Positions 10,810 through 21,923 of a stretch of 64,000 nucleotides of DNA are shown here, piece after piece. Origin of the DNA: Hydrolagus affinis (taxonomy: Eukaryota); assembly GCA_012026655.1 (NCBI GenBank), contig JAAILG010001240.1, forward strand, positions 1 to 64,000, written 5' to 3'. Every line of letters starts with the position of its first letter. Within the stretch, counting starts at the first letter, position 1. The position numbers and the translations under genes were made by a program. Under the pieces are notes generated by a model. The model was given only the letters and a program-made list of their open reading frames with translations, searched no databases and was not told where the DNA came from.

Positions 10810-11525
10810 AGACCACGTACTGTCTGTCTGGTGTGATATTCCTCAGGGCTGTGTTCTTGGTCCTCTCCTCAATATCTGTAAACTCTCTCTTGGTAACATC
10901 ATCCACAGATATACAGTCAACTTCTATATGTGTGCGGATGATATCCAATTCTATCTCTCTGCCTCCACCCTTGACTCCAAGAGCACTACCGTCTTGACAG
11001 AATGTCTGTCAGACATCAAGTCTTGGATGAGAGCTAATTTTCTACTTGAACGTCAACAAGAATGAGGCCTTCCTGATCAGCGCCTCCACATCTTAGGTGC
11101 TGGCAGCATCATGGATACACACTCCACCTCCCTGAGCCAGTCCAGAACTTTTGCGTCTTGTTTGACTCCCAATGTTGCTCCTTCCTAGTTCTGTGACCTA
11201 CTGATTCCAGTTCGACCTCCCTCCAGTCAGCAGTCTGTTCCACATCCCTGCTCAGTCCATCTCACCATCAGTGTTCGGCCCTTCAGCCTCTCTACCCCCA
11301 GCTTTTGGAACTCCATCCGACAGTCCATTTGCCTCGCTCCCTCCCTTGCCTCCCTCAAGGCACTTCTCAAGACCCTCCTTTTCAACCATGCATTTGGTCA
11401 CTCTCCTATCCCTACCCTCCATGCCCCCCAGATCCCAACTCACTGCTCAGGTCCAAATCCTTGACTGTCCAGCACCTTGGGACATCCTCCCGACTTGAAA
11501 GTTGCTATACAAATGTAATTTGTAT
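10810..11525 (+). mobile_element. Decayed L2 LINE (RT remnant + 3' end)
   Basis: tatatgtgtgcggatgat (YADD-like region) and gctatacaaatgtaatttg tail. Confidence 0.7.
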
Positions 11526-12314
11526 TTGATTATATCACATGTCACTCTCAGGTTTGAAACTGCTGGCAGCACAAAGCATCATTGAAATTGAACTACTACA
11601 CTAATAAGTGATGATGCAGCCTGATCTAATTTAGCTAAGTCACTACAACAACAACTAACATTTATATAGCACGCTTCATGCAGGATTAATATCTCAGAGG
11701 TGTTAGGGTAGGATTTAATCAGAGCAAGGTGGAGGGATTGAGGCAGTGTCTTCCAGAGGTTAGGGTTGCAGTGGTCCACCTATAGTAGCACAAAGGGATG
11801 TGCAGTCGGCCTGCGTTAGCAGAGTGAATGGGGTGGGCAAAGGAGTGAGGTATGAGCAGTAGAGCAGACAGTAAAGAGGTGCAAGCACGCAAAAAGATTT
11901 GCATGTGAGGGTGTGAGTTATGTCCTTTAGAAGAGACGTTAAACCTCTAGGGCCCATCTGCCTATTTCAGTTAACGTTAAAAATCCTATGACACTATTCG
12001 AAAAGACAATGGAGTTTCTCCTGGTGTCCTGGACAATAAATCCCCCAAATAAATTTGGTCACTCACTCCATGACTGTTTGTGGGGCATGGCTGTGAGCTC
12101 CTGGCTGCCGCGTTCCACCCAAAACATACACCGTCAATCCACTTTACAGTACAACGTGTGAAGCTCTTTGAGATGTTACAACATCGTCAAATGCAAGGAT
12201 TATTATTGAAATCGATCCTTTCAGAAACAGAGCCAATAGAGCCGGATAAGGATTGAAGGTGGACATGGATGAAGATACACAAGTCGTTACAAAAGCAATT
12301 GTAGCAATATTTAC

Positions 12315-12457
12315 CTGAAGTACAAGTTGAAGGTCTTCATGCAAATCCGATATTGCATAGATTAATATTGTCCCACTGTCTTCAAAAGCTACTGGCAAAA
12401 CTGGAGCAAAGAAATTCTGTGCAAAGTAATGTAACATCTTCCACTTGCCACCGTACT
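12315..12457 (-). CDS. MANBA: MANBA exon 15 (143 nt)
   Basis: tcccag|[48 protein letters not shown]|gtaaat. Confidence 0.96.
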
Positions 12458-13729
12458 CTGGGAAAAGAAAAACAGCAGAAAATTCTTACCTTTTTTGCTA
12501 AATTTACCAGTTACAATGAATAGTAAATGAAATGTACACACATGTATGCAATTATAATACCATTATTGAAACCAAGTTTTAAAAAATCGAACTTTAGCTT
12601 CCATTTCAATTAAGAAATACATTTGGCATAGTACCATACCACACTGAACTATCTCAATCACTTCACAAACGATTTCCACGTTACTTTTACGTGCAGTGAT
12701 TTAAGGAATTCTTGCATTTCCCTTATCATGTTATTGAGCAGCCTCAAGTCACTTCACAGGAGTTATTGTAGAGTAGTGACTGCATATTTGTGGATGAATG
12801 TGGCAGCAAATCATAAATATGAAGTGAATGACCAGTTTTATGGGGGAAGTGATGACATCGGGAGAAACACTCTTCTCAAATTGTGCAAACAGATCCTCAG
12901 TTTAAACATTGCATTCGAAGGACGACACCTCACCTCTCCTCTTCCCCCCAACATTTCAAAATGTTATGTTGAGGGCAACAGTACCTCATAGTAAATTGCT
13001 CAAGTATATCAGCACATCACAAAGTGCAAGACAGCAGAATTGCGTTATTGATATCCTGTCCTTGCACAGTCACTGATGCAACAATCTGCTTCAGTTTTTC
13101 AGAGTGTAGTTCACGAGCTAGAACAAATACTAGATGTCACGCTGCTCTGATTGCATAGATCAATGTCAAGTTAAAATTAGCCTCTCAGCAAAAGTGTTGT
13201 AAAGTCCAAGGCTGGAGAAGGTTAAATAATACTAACTGCAGTTCAGCACGCTCTTCTATTGATTATGCAACACATAAATCAAAGTGAGATATTTCTGATT
13301 GCCTTTTAAATATTGAATAAAATGTAAATGATTCTCAAATCTTCAGAAATAAACACTTCTATTCTACATACAGTACTGTAATAAGTTTTCCCTAGAAAGG
13401 TATCTTGGGACAGATCTTCACAGTAAGATTCACCCATCTGTTCTATCAAAATAAAATCTGTTCTCATCAAAACATCAACTACTGCACTGTAAGCCTTCTG
13501 GTTACGGTTCCATTTTTTCCACTAACAATTATTTATATTCAAACAGAGGCTTTATTACTCAATGTCAGTAAGTTAATCAGGCACACTATTCTATCTAGAT
13601 AACTCTACTTTTGGAAATTATTTTATTTCAATGAAGAAAACAGTTTACGTGCTAACAAAAATAAATTCCATTCACCTTTACTGTGCTCTATTAAAGACAG
13701 AGGGTACAAAAATATGATTTAAATTAAGA

Positions 13730-14840
13730 ATTTTTCACCCTGCCTTCCTCCAAATCCCTCCACCATCTTTTTCTGTCCATGTAAAAAGCTTTCGCCCGCG
13801 TCCTTCACAAATGCCCTCTCATCCTTGGATCTTCTCTTCTTCTGGCCTTCCACCCGCAGTGATCCTGATGTAGCCGTCAAGCTGCTAAACAATCACCTCT
13901 CCTCCGACTTCAAATCCCTTGTCCCCCTGAAACCTGGACCATCTCCAGACTTACCCACTTCCCGTGGCATCTCCGCTCCCTCAATTTCCAAACCTGGTGG
14001 TACAAAAAGGACAAAACCGACCTCACAGTTCACCACCAGCTGTGGCTTGAGCATCTTCACACCTACCACTGCTCCCTCTAACAAGCCAAAACTGCATTCT
14101 ACTCACAGGTAATTCTGAAGGCCAAAAACAACTCTAAAATCCTATTCTCTACCATCCACCATCTGTTCTGTAAGCCCCATTAAGTAGCATCAATCCTAAC
14201 ATCTAATGTCAAGTGGGACGAGTTCTCGGATTTCTTTATCTCCTTCTCCTGCCCCACGTCCCACACCACCACCCCTATTCCCTCACCAACACCCACTCTT
14301 TGACCCCCCAATACTACGCAGTTGCTGGTCACTCCTCTGCTGGCAGCCATCATAAATCAGTCTCTCTCCTCAGGCTCAGTTCCACTGCCCCTCGAACAGC
14401 TATCATCACTCCCCACCTTAAAAACCTACTTTCAATGCCTTCGACCTCGCACATTACCATCCCATCTCAAACCTGCCCTTAAATAATAATAATAATCCTT
14501 GCATTTGATATAGCACTCTTCATGACTTCTAGACGTCTCAAAGCGCTACACAGAATATACTGTAAAGTGAATTGACTGTTTATTTGTGGGCGAAATACAG
14601 CAGCCAATTGCACAGAGCTGTGTCCCACAAACAATCATGGATTGAAATGACCATTTTTTCACCAAAAGCCTGGAAAGAACTGTTGCAAATCAACTTCAAT
14701 CAACTTCAACTTTGCAAGAACTGTTGCAAATCAACTTCTCGCCCTCCACTCCCTCTTTGAACCCCTTCAGTCCGGTTTCCGCCCAGCGAAGAGACAGCAT
14801 TCATCAAAGTAATACATGACGTCCTCTCTCACAGGGCTTC
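13730..14840 (+). mobile_element. Decayed L2 LINE internal fragment
   Basis: C-rich L2 ORF2 remnant ending in cagtccggtttccgccc (QSGFR motif), interrupted by a SINE. Confidence 0.65.
14482..14662 (-). mobile_element. Deu-domain SINE 3' half inserted in an L2 fragment
   Basis: Reverse complement of SINE core and tail with (TAA)n end, interrupting L2 sequence. Confidence 0.8.
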
Positions 14841-14951
14841 CTCTAATTCTACGATTCTATGAAACTACTTCAGTGAGTGAGTAGTAAATGTATGGAACAG
14901 ACTCCCTTAGGAGACAGTGGAAGTAGAAAATGCTAATTCAATATCAAATTA

Positions 14952-15167
14952 CAGAAAAAGCCTGTTTATCCATGCCCCGATCAACCGTAGCTTCCATATA
15001 ACTGGCACCTAAAAAAAAGGTCCCCATTCTATTAACCGGAATTTATCCGGCACAATGTACAATTATTTTTTTTTAAATGTTGGTGTGTTTTCGGCCGAAT
15101 ATCCGGCACGCGCTTTAACCGGCATTGGTCAGGTCCTGAGGGTGCCAGATAAATGGATAGATTTCTG
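14952..15167 (+). mobile_element. Tigger-like MITE (family copy 1)
   Basis: TA-flanked; similar along its length to 49757-49959 and, inverted, to 53498-53703. Confidence 0.75.
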
Positions 15168-15380
15168 TAAGGAAATATACCTCGGGATACAATACATAGT
15201 TCGGGAAATGACATATGCAGCTATTCCAAGGTGGTGGAAGGCAACCTGGATAGTCTTCTTTCGCCTGGAAAATTCTTAAGTTCTTAACACCTTACAGAAC
15301 ATTTGGGCTTTTGTGTAGAATGGGTTTTCAGTTACTGGAAAAGATAAGAAACACATAGGGGTGCTTTTCTTTATGCTTAC

Positions 15381-15525
15381 CAATGGAAGCCCAGGAGGGA
15401 GCTTGCCAGATATCATTAAGCTGCCAGTATAATGCCCCCATTGTGCGACCTTGCCCATTTATGATCTCACTTTGACTGCGACGGTAGAATTCAGTTTGTA
15501 TCTTTATGCATTCCGCTTGCGTCAC
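15381..15525 (-). CDS. MANBA: MANBA exon 14 (145 nt)
   Basis: caacag|[48 protein letters not shown]|gtaagc. Confidence 0.96.
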
Positions 15526-15769
15526 CTGTTGATAAAAATGTAACACAGGGGGCACTCTTTATAACTTTTGCACATCACATCAACATTGTTATTTAAAAAC
15601 AACTCCAACTCTGTAATTACGCAGATTAAAGCTGCAATGTGGTCATTTTATCTACACAGTGTATCCTATATATTGCACCAAAATTATTTACTTTGATTAC
15701 TTCCACACTTTAACTGGTCCAATAAAATTACAATGGATACATAATTAGCTGACTGATCGATCCAAATAG

Positions 15770-16480
15770 TGGAGAAATCCTCAATGTTTTCAGGTTGGGA
15801 GAATGTTGCCAGCGGAGTTCCACAGGGTCTGTTTTGGGACCTCAAAATGATCTGGGGCTAGGAGTCACAAGCACAGTGGCTAAATCTGCAGATAACGCAA
15901 AGCTAATGAAGGTGGTAGACTGCAAAAATTAACAGGATAGGTTACAGGGGGAATTGAACATACTTGAGAATTAGGCAGATTAATGGCAGATGAAATTCAA
16001 TGTGGAGAAATGCGAATGCTTCACATGGGGACACAAAATCCAGGGACAATCCTAAACAGAAAATGAAAAGGCTAAAATGATTGAGGGGACTGGACGACAA
16101 GGAGCGATTAGAAAAACTGGACTTGTTCACACTGGAGAAGAGTAGGTTGATGGGCAATATGATTATGGCCTTTAAGATTCTGAACAGACAAGATAACGTA
16201 GATCATGATGAGCTGTTTTGTACAGCCTGCAATTGAAGGGGGATAAATTCAGAACAAATCTGCAGAAACACTGCTTCAGAGAAAGAGTAAATGGTACAAG
16301 CTCCCTAGAAAAAGTTGTTTGTTTCAACAACAAATTAGATAAATTTCTGCGAGAAAATAATATCTTGGGATACACTATATAGTTTGGGACAACATATATC
16401 AAGAGATTGCCAAGTGGTGGAAGGCGAACTAGATGGACCTTGGTCTTCTTCCGTCATCAAATTCTTATATTCTTATGTTG
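15770..16480 (+). mobile_element. Decayed CR1 LINE 3' part
   Basis: agcggagttccacagggtctgttttgggacc (SGVPQGSVLGP remnant), tggcagatgaaattcaatgtggagaaatg, (ttcttat)n tail. Confidence 0.75.
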
Positions 16481-16538
16481 TTAACCATTCATCCAGCAGC
16501 TTGATTGAGGATAGACAGCATTCAATGCCAACTGTAAG

Positions 16539-17235
16539 TAATAATAATAATAATCCTTGTATTTGATATAGCGCTATTCACATCTTCTAGAAGTCTCAAA
16601 GCGCTTCACAGAATAAACTGTAAAGTAAATTGATTGTATATTTGTGGGCGAAATGCAGCAATGTGCAGCAGCACACAGCAGTGTCCCACAAACAATCATG
16701 AATTGAAATGACCATTTTTTTTTAGGGATTATTATTAAGTGCGTGGAGTAGGGTCCATCGATATGGAAATTTTCCAATATCGATGTATCGATGGGCTCAT
16801 ATCGATATATATCAATATCGCCGGGTTTCTTTATTCTGTGTAAGTGCGCGCATTCCAATGTGCGCGCATTCCGATATGCGCGCGCATTCCATGCTCTCGA
16901 CCTAAGAGGTTTGCAATGCTGGCGACAAGGTAAGTTGAAAAAGTTCGCATTGTACTGATATGACCGATATATCGATATATCGCCGGACACGATCTACCGA
17001 TATTTGCGATATACCAATTTTTTTTATACTGAATTTTTCGATATACCGATATATTTAAATTTCCAATATCGGCATATCAATATGAAACATTATACCGATA
17101 TAACCGATATATTGATATATTGCTGGACACTAGCATGGAGTAAAGAAATTTGTCCAAGGTTTTGACCTGCCTGGGAATCGAACACTGGTCTCACACTTGT
17201 AAGGCGAGTGCTCTAACCACTGAGCTACAGGACTA
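16539..17235 (-). mobile_element. Deu-domain SINE split by hAT insertion
   Basis: Tail at 16539, core to 16748, head resumes 17141-17235 (aaccactgagctacaggact). Confidence 0.85.
16749..17132. mobile_element. Non-autonomous hAT element with CGATAT subterminal repeats, nested in a SINE
   Basis: TIRs tagggtccatcgatat / atattgctggacacta; 8-bp TSD gcgtggag (16741-16748) / gcatggag (17133-17140); the host SINE resumes exactly after the TSD. Confidence 0.85.
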
Positions 17236-17323
17236 AGTATTTCAAAGTGACCGAAAACTCTAGGAATCAAATACATAACCAGGAGCAGTTGAATTGTGAC
17301 ATTGTAATTTTGTAGATAATTAC

Positions 17324-17488
17324 CTGAGTGAGATAAAGTGTATCTTTGAATTTCTGTAGTGGATCATTTGCCTGAGGAAGGTTAAAGTGGATCTGAGCTT
17401 GGTTCAGCATTTCATTGTTGCCATCCTTATGGTGCTGTCGATGATCCATAAAGGAGCTATTGTAAAACCAGTCCTCAGGTGAAGAAAC
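17324..17488 (-). CDS. MANBA: MANBA exon 13 (165 nt)
   Basis: gacaag|[55 protein letters not shown]|gtaatt. Confidence 0.95.
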
Positions 17489-17565
17489 CTTGTCAATAAA
17501 GAAAAAAACTGACAAAATGCCTCATTTTACAAGCAATGGAGAAAACAAGCAGCATTCCTCTAAAA

Positions 17566-17843
17566 CAGTGGTTCCCAAATTTGTTTTGCTGCGACCCTAA
17601 ATTGGCTACCAACAGGTCTTCCCCACTGCGGGACTGAAGCGAAGCTCAGCCAAGACAATATCTCCTCTTTTGTGGACTCAGCGCAACTCACTAGTACAGT
17701 CTTTCATACAAATTGGTTGGCGGTGTCGCCTCAGGCACTTTTCAGCATTAAATAAGAATAAAAACTTCAGATGACCCTTTGCGATCCTACTGAGGACCCC
17801 CGCGACCCTGATTTGGGTCAGGACCCGACGTTGGGAACTACTG
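17566..17843. mobile_element. hAT-Charlie MITE
   Basis: TIRs cagtggttcccaa / ttgggaactactg; perfect 8-bp TSD ctctaaaa on both sides (Charlie NTCTARAN target). Confidence 0.9.
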
Positions 17844-18373
17844 CTCTAAAATGTTCTATCATCTAAATTCAATTGACTGTCTTAGACTCAGGGAAAGAGC
17901 AGCCATTTTATAAACAGGTTTTATATTATTAGGCCATTACTAATTTAACAAGAAATTAATTTAATTATTCAATATATTTAAAATCATATGTTAAATATTA
18001 TAATAAAATTATCAGTTAACATCATGTAGAATTTACATGACAAGATTTTCGAAGTTGTTGCCTGGAATTCCAAAGAATAATTTCAAGACTCATTGTTATC
18101 GAAATAAAAATACTGGTCAGTTAGCTTAGGATCATACAGTAATCTATTTAGTCTATCATATCTACCACAAAAACAACTACAAAATTACATTTATAGAGCG
18201 CCTTTCATGTCGGGAGGACGTCCCAAGGCGCTGAACTATATCAAATCTATACCAAATGAAAGAACTATCCATTTAGTCCCACTCTCCTGCCCTACGTTGT
18301 ATCCTTTAATATTTTCCATTTTCAAATATTTGCTTAATTCTGCTTCAAAAGCCTGCACTGCATCATTACGTAC

Positions 18374-18592
18374 CTTTTCTAAAGTTGAAAAAGATGGCCA
18401 AGATTGGAAGCCATATTCAGAAGAAAATCTAGTCTTTGGAAATCGTGTCCAGTCCCAGCAATCGCTATAGTAATTATAATAATGGGAGTCACCGTAGTGA
18501 GTGTCATAGGGGTTATGAGCAACCCAGTTCTCCAGAATAGATTCATCACCATTAGTGGGACTTGAGGTAATATAAGGACGACTTGTATCCTC
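18374..18592 (-). CDS. MANBA: MANBA exon 12 (219 nt; catalytic nucleophile SEYG)
   Basis: tccaag|EDTSRPYITSSPTNGDESILENWVAHNPYDTHYGDSHYYNYYSDCWDWTRFPKTRFSSEYGFQSWPSFSTLEK|gtacgt. Confidence 0.96.
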
Positions 18593-19829
18593 CTTGGAAC
18601 AGAATTAAAAAAAGTTAAGAAGTTAATTGAGGTAAGTTTGTATTAGCAACAATAAGAATAATGATTAAAGCTAGATTTTCCATGATGTGTTTTTATAGTT
18701 TTACGAGCAGTCGCCAGTTCTTTATCACCGAAGGGAGAGCTGATCACCACATGTTCTATCTCTTCCGATATTATTTATTCCCAGTAGATTCAGTAAAAAA
18801 ATTGAAAACTTTGTTCTCAAAAATATCTTCTTTGAAAAAGAAAGTTTGAAAAACCTTTCTACCATCCAATGGTCTAATTCTTCTTTCCTCAATAACCATT
18901 TGTAGCAATATAAACTTCTACCCTATTTTTCTGCCAGGAAGGAAATAGTTTTTCCATTTGTACTATCAGGTCCTTTCAGTATCTTAAAACATTTCTTTCA
19001 TGTTCCTTATTCAAACAATCCTGAGATTAACAAGGATTTTGCACAGACTGTCTTAAATACATTACTCTTACATGGTTAACTGGTTTATCTGTAGATCCAG
19101 ACCCTAACAAATTTCTATTTTTAAAATCACTGTGCTTATCTCAAGTGACCATCCAAAGCACAAACATTTGCATCATAGCTTTTCCTTTTTAACTCTTTTT
19201 TTAGCACGTGGCTGAAACAGGATCTGAGACTATTTTTGCAACATTTCACAACTCTCACGAAACTGAATCAAAACAACTAAGTACTGTATAATAAAAGCTA
19301 AACTTTGTACACATCTCAACTCACACAACATGAAATTGCATGAAATGCACAAATTCCAGCTACCTGTATACTGAAATATTATAGTTCTAATTGTACTTCC
19401 AATATGTGCTCATATAGTTAACTTTGCAAAGCAACACCTTGCTTGCCTTTCCATAAGAATAGTTATTGCTCTGTGGTTATACTATCTACTCAACAGGTGT
19501 TCAATGTTAATGCAGTGTTTGTCCCATATCAAATTACAGAGCCAGTAAACATGATATGAATTCAAACATACCCTGATAGACTAACTTGGGAATTATAAAC
19601 AACATTTTTCTTAGCAGGGCCCTGATATTGAATTAGCAACTGTAAACACGAGAGCATCTAAAATTAACTATCTTCTTGGACCATTTCACATGTATATGAA
19701 ATTATGTTATACAACTTGTATTATTTTGCAATCTTCACATGGAATAATATCTCAAGGAGCTGTACAATGGCAGATTTGGATTCTGAGCAAGGGAGATGGG
19801 GGAAATTGGTGCAGTTGAAGTGATTGTTT

Positions 19830-20745
19830 TTAAATCCCATCTTAAAACCTGATAGGGGCAGGGAGTTCCTGATGTTAGGGACATAATGACTGAAGGCTCA
19901 GTCCACCATTGCCTCAACCCTCAGTCTGATAAAACCCTCATAACACACATTTGTTACCTCAAGGCCACACTATTATGGATTCTCCCTCATCAGCCTCCCC
20001 AACTCTTCCCTCCACAAGCTGCAGATCACACCAGTATCCGTGAACCCCATTCTCTCCCAGCTTCACTGACTACCCATCTCTCAGAGGATAGAATTCAAAA
20101 TCCTCGTCATCACTTTCAAAGCCCTCCACGTCCTTGCTCCCTGCTACATGGTCTGCTCTGACCTGCTGACCCCCTATCTACCTGCCCACTCCCTCCATTC
20201 AGCTGGCTCCGACTTGCTCCATGTCTCTTACCCGACCCAACCTNNNNNNNNNNNNNNNNNNNNNNNNNNNNNNNNNNNNNNNNNNNNNNNNNNNNNNNNN
20301 NNNNNNNNNNNNNNNNNNNNNNNNNNNNNNNNNNNNNNNNNNNCAGTCTGGTCGGGACCCGAGCGGAGGTGGGGGGGGGGGGGGGCGGGGGGGAGAGGAG
20401 GGTTGGAGTTGGGGGAAGGGGAAGGAGAGTGGCAGAGGGGGAAGAGTTAGTGGGGCAGCCGAAGGCGCGATTGAAGAGGAAGGTCTTGAGACGAGCCTTG
20501 AAGGAGGAAAGGGAGGAAGCAAGGCGAAGGGGCTACGGGATGGAGTTCCACAGTGTGGGAACAGAGAGGCTGAAAGCACGACTTAAGACCCTTTTTTGAC
20601 AGTGCCTTCAGCCACCCTCCTACCCCCTCAGCCATCCTTTATTCTAACACTGCCCACCCGCCGCCCAATGCTTGGGTCCTGATCTCCGTCTGTTCAGCGC
20701 CTTGGACATGAGAGGCGCTTTACAAATATAATTTTATTGTTGTTG
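19830..20745. mobile_element. L2 3' fragments in both orientations spanning a gap
   Basis: + strand L2 19830-20243, - strand L2 20344-20580, + strand tail 20580-20745. Confidence 0.7.
20244..20343. other. Assembly gap (100 N)
   Basis: Run of N. Confidence 1.
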
Positions 20746-21230
20746 TATAAGTGAGAAATAATAATCAGAATGGTCAAAGTAATACCTTTGCACTCCACCA
20801 CATTCAAATAGTGTGCAATTTTTTCCAATGTAATCTCATCTCCCTGGGCTCAAAGAACATGGTCCTAGAGCCAAGCCAATATGAGCCTTAATCATGCAAA
20901 TACAATTCAATGTCAAATACTCTTTAGTTATATAGTGCAATTCATTATTCAGGACATGTAAACAACAATAAACATTGTATAATAATTTTTTAAAACCTTC
21001 AACATATAGTGACAGAGAATTCCCTGTAGAAACTTAACTTGTAACAAATCAATGCCTGTGCCCATTATCTAGAATAAACAACAAAAACATCTTTAGTTAA
21101 ATTCCAAAGTGTATCAACAAATCAACATTATCCCTCTTATTTACAAATGATCAAGTCTTTGGTTTCTATTCACTACTTCCTCTCTCCTTTCTCTCTTTGA
21201 ATGGGGTACAGCTTCCAACAATCCACAATG

Positions 21231-21550
21231 TTTTAAAAACACAAAAAAAATTCATAACTGTGAAGTATCCAGCAACAATAAAAACAATTAATAATATCTC
21301 AATAAACATATTTTTCATGAACAAAGCAAGCTCCATTCTGAGGCTACTTGTATTTGCAGCATTTTCCCACTTAAAAGTTTTATTTGCAGACAAATTTAGT
21401 AATGTTAATGCAGCTGAGATTTTTTTTAAATGCTGAAAAAAATCTAAATCATGAGTTCCTTCAACCATAAACTCTTTCTAAATGCATATTTGTAAATAAT
21501 AGTGGCGGCTGATTGTTACCACATAGTCAAGAATGTTTATTTTTGCTTCA
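21231..21550 (+). repeat. ~320-bp direct copy of NFKB1 3' UTR segment 2407-2726
   Basis: By-eye alignment: about 8 substitutions and one 3-bp indel; the copy runs into the assembly gap. Confidence 0.9.
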
Positions 21551-21721
21551 NNNNNNNNNNNNNNNNNNNNNNNNNNNNNNNNNNNNNNNNNNNNNNNNNN
21601 NNNNNNNNNNNNNNNNNNNNNNNNNNNNNNNNNNNNNNNNNNNNNNNNNNNNNNNNNNNNNNNNNNNNNNNNNNNNNNNNNNNNNNNNNNNNNNNNNNNN
21701 NNNNNNNNNNNNNNNNNNNNN
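21551..21721. other. Assembly gap (171 N)
   Basis: Run of N. Confidence 1.
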
Positions 21722-21755
21722 CCAGTTAGTGACAGTTTGCTTTCTGGGTACCTAC

Positions 21756-21923
21756 CTCAAGGACTATTTTTCTAATATTATGAACATAGAGAAATATGTA
21801 GTCATCTAAATACTGGTCCATATTGACTAAAGGAATGCTGAACCAGTTATCAGCAAGTGCAGCTTCATTTTCATTGTTTCCACTCCAGATTACAATGCTT
21901 GGGTGAGATTTCAGTCGCTGTAC
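21756..21923 (-). CDS. MANBA: MANBA exon 11 (168 nt; catalytic acid/base NNE)
   Basis: tttcag|VQRLKSHPSIVIWSGNNENEAALADNWFSIPLVNMDQYLDDYIFLYVHNIRKIVLE|gtaggt. Confidence 0.96.

Noticed and set aside
14675-14738. Short tandem duplications (also 8671-8727, 34738-34812, 48686-48722)
   Set aside because: Ordinary slippage or repair duplications in intronic or repeat DNA with no functional context.
20344-20460. Very G-rich tract suggesting a G-quadruplex
   Set aside because: C-rich L2 3' UTR on the opposite strand abutting a gap; homopolymer lengths are unreliable.
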